NCBI GenBank assembly: GCA_963666315.2
Contig: CAXXHG010000038.1
Location: 1 to 64,000, forward strand
Source: Candidatus Binatia bacterium
GTDB taxonomy: Bacteria > Desulfobacterota > Binatia > Bin18
Direction: 5' to 3'
DNA: 64,000 nt
This document shows, in pieces, positions 62,701 through 64,000 of the stretch. Position numbers and translations under genes: made by a program. A model generated the notes under the pieces. It did not search any database, was not told where the DNA came from, and saw only the letters and a list, made by a program, of their open reading frames with translations. Positions within the stretch are counted from its first letter, which is position 1. Each line of letters begins with the position of its first letter.

Positions 62701-63263
62701 AAGGCCGACTCCAGGCTGCAGCGCAAACGACCGAACGCCGTGTTCTGGTCTCGAATACCGCTCGATACGTCACCCAGGAAGCCGGTCTGCTCTTTATCCC
62801 GGTTACACATGCGGGCAACATACAAGGCAGCGATGAAGAGGTCGGTCTGATTTGTGAGTTGGTTGATGAGCTCCTTGGGCGAACACTGACGGACACCCGG
62901 GGGCAGAAGTGCGGACAACTCCAACTGTCCGATATTCTTTTTGTTGCACCGTATAATATGCAGGCCCGCAAACTCCAGGCCGCGCTAGGTCTGCGCGCCC
63001 GGGTGGGCTCTGTGGATAAATTCCAAGGGCAAGAAGCCCCGGTTGTCATTCTGTCTATGTGTGCCAGTCAAGGCGATGGCTCTCCACGCGGCATTGCTTT
63101 TCTGTTGAATAAAAATCGTCTCAATGTGGCGCTGTCGCGTGCCCAAAGTCTTGCCATCGTTGTGGTCAACCCGGTCCTAGCCCGGACGCAGTGTCTCTCC
63201 TTAGCCCAAATGGAGCAGGTCAATCTGTTTTGTCGCGTGATGGAAGAGGGCAGGAGGCCATAA
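59787..63263 (+). CDS. TM0106-family RecB-like nuclease + RNase H-like domain + SF1 (Dna2/Nam7-like) helicase
   Basis: PDFL..EVWDAK..QLCCY; FFDMEG..YHYA.YE..YN.DD; QGPPGSGKT, VDEAGQ, VGD..QL, APYN.Q, SVDKFQGQE, NRLNVALSRA. Confidence 0.92.
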   Translation: MHAHSGLIRYSPADLVEFLASPFATWMSRFALDRPDRVQPDPDPPALTVLAERGRQHEQACVEQFRQAGRDIYVPPEGAARTSATVAAMRSGREIIHQGRLAYDAVRCSFIGQPDFLVRTEGVSDLGDYHYEVWDAKLAHHPSPAFLIQLCCYADLLTIVQARLPGSVCLLLGSGEQPRFRTADYIYYYRALKHSFLEFLQHFELEHRPAPELGGSYGRWSTTAAKLLGAADHLSRVANITVSQIKKLGAAGITTLQALAETRLAHIPKLDDTVFARLKEQAHLQLVSTDTERPTYRILIPQSSEPRRGLGLLPPASAGDVFFDMEGYPLVEGGLEYLFGAVSIQHDAVTFHDWWAHNADEERRAFSAYVDWVYARWQADPSMHIYHYANYEIAALRRLMGRYGTREAEVDTLLRSEVFVDLYTIVQHGLRVGEPHYSIKNLEHLYRPQRSGEVTSAVDSIVAYTRWVESGKPADWSASPLLQAIRVYNRDDCESTWQLAAWLRERQHEASIAWMPKHENQGEGAAEGVDEADLLGDLASPHALAQTLIEEIPPALERATHAEHWHTQELLGHMLEFHRREEKPGWWAMFDRHAMTETELVEDINCLGGLARLSQPPEQIKRSQGFWYGFDPNQDTKLDTGASCYFAHDLGIRVPIHVLDRERGRICLKFGPGKLKQFPHGTPPDRLALIPDEHVSAKVIERAVLAVALAWQEKHDLSPALQDFVLRRPPRLTQEGLLSSQSSADELTHELVAPDEDLVDAATRLAVSLDHSTLCVQGPPGSGKTTTAARMILALLDRGKRVGITANSHAAILNLMRKCKELRAGRLACVKIGGSEEDGFFELCPEALYAQRVRDALPRLDQIQLVGGTAWAFSDPGMRGSLEYLFVDEAGQVAVANLMGMAAATDNIILVGDQMQLGQPIQGSHPGESGLSILEYLLQGRATIPADMGLFLGTTWRLHPKVCHFLSDAVYEGRLQAAAQTTERRVLVSNTARYVTQEAGLLFIPVTHAGNIQGSDEEVGLICELVDELLGRTLTDTRGQKCGQLQLSDILFVAPYNMQARKLQAALGLRARVGSVDKFQGQEAPVVILSMCASQGDGSPRGIAFLLNKNRLNVALSRAQSLAIVVVNPVLARTQCLSLAQMEQVNLFCRVMEEGRRP

Positions 63264-63270
63264 CCAGGTC

Positions 63271-63690
63271 ATGACCACCTTTACCCGCTACACGCTGATC
63301 CAAATCCCTGGTTGGCTCATCTGTGCAATTGTTCTCTGCGCTACTCATATTTGGTTTGAGCTGCCAGTGTGGGCGGCTGCTGGACTGGCTGCCGTTTGGG
63401 TGGGCAAGGACTTTGCCCTGTATCCGTTTCTGAAACATGCCTATGAAACTGATAGCAAAACCGGCGCACAGCGGCTGATAGGCAGCGTTGGAGAAGTGCA
63501 ACAGACTCCTGGCCCGCTGGGTTATATACGCGTGAACGGAGAACTGTGGCGGACTGAGGTGATTTCAGGCGGGAGCCCACTCCGGCCTGGTACTCGGGTG
63601 CTGGTACAAGCAGTCTGCGGGCTGACGCTCCGGGTGATCCCTGTAGATCAAGATGCCCAGTCTGCCCAGCGTGTCCATGACCCTTGTTAA
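63271..63690 (+). CDS. NfeD family protein
   Basis: N-terminal TM helices, LIG.VGEV..GYIRVNGELW..G.RVLV..V.GLTL.V. Confidence 0.85.
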   Translation: MTTFTRYTLIQIPGWLICAIVLCATHIWFELPVWAAAGLAAVWVGKDFALYPFLKHAYETDSKTGAQRLIGSVGEVQQTPGPLGYIRVNGELWRTEVISGGSPLRPGTRVLVQAVCGLTLRVIPVDQDAQSAQRVHDPC

Positions 63691-63699
63691 TCGTCTGGA

Positions 63700-63873
63700 C
63701 TAATCGTCTGGATCGCCGAGTTCTTTATTCCAGGCGTACTTGGCCAAGAAGAGAAATACGCCCCCAATTCCCAACAGCACCAGACCTTTGGGGTCGCTTT
63801 GACGAAAATAGTCGAAGCTCTGCATAAAGCACAGAAAACTTCCAGCAACGAGTCCGATCGCAGTCCCTTTCAT
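63700..63873 (-). CDS. Small two-TM membrane protein (57 aa)
   Basis: GGAGGAG RBS, MKGTAIGLVAGSFLCFMQS..GLVLLGIGGVFLFLAKYAW; below the ORF-track cutoff. Confidence 0.6.
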   Translation of the reverse strand: MKGTAIGLVAGSFLCFMQSFDYFRQSDPKGLVLLGIGGVFLFLAKYAWNKELGDPDD

Positions 63874-64000
63874 AAACGGGCTCCTCCAGCGCCTAGTGTT
63901 GGGCCCATATGCTGGGCGTGAATGCTTGAGTGTCCTATCTCATACGAAGCGTACAACGGTCCAGCATGCCCAAAAAGAGCGGAGGAGTAAAGTTTGGGGC

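Overview
Bacterial chromosomal window made up mostly of metabolic genes. It has three LLM-class (probably F420/flavin) oxidoreductases, class III CoA-transferases, SDRs, alpha/beta hydrolases, a fumC / LysR / mdh-frdABCD cluster, nadE, rsmI, cobB, a cobalamin riboswitch controlling a TonB/ABC uptake operon, and a TM0106-type nuclease-helicase. The gene mix resembles Binatota/Tectomicrobia-like lineages, which is inference only. No rRNA, tRNA or CRISPR array was seen. Highlights missing from the ORF track: (1) a glutaredoxin with an in-frame UGA at its redox-motif position (UGSC) and a SECIS-like hairpin, i.e. a probable selenoprotein; (2) a B12-riboswitch operon lacking btuF but ending in two uncharacterised proteins with possible tetrapyrrole-binding folds; (3) 'ghost' C-terminal remnants of a second fumC and of pqiB; (4) about a dozen pseudogenes or gene fragments; (5) a nested-palindrome MITE-like element and REP-like repeats. 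All family assignments come from motif recognition by eye; no database searches were run.
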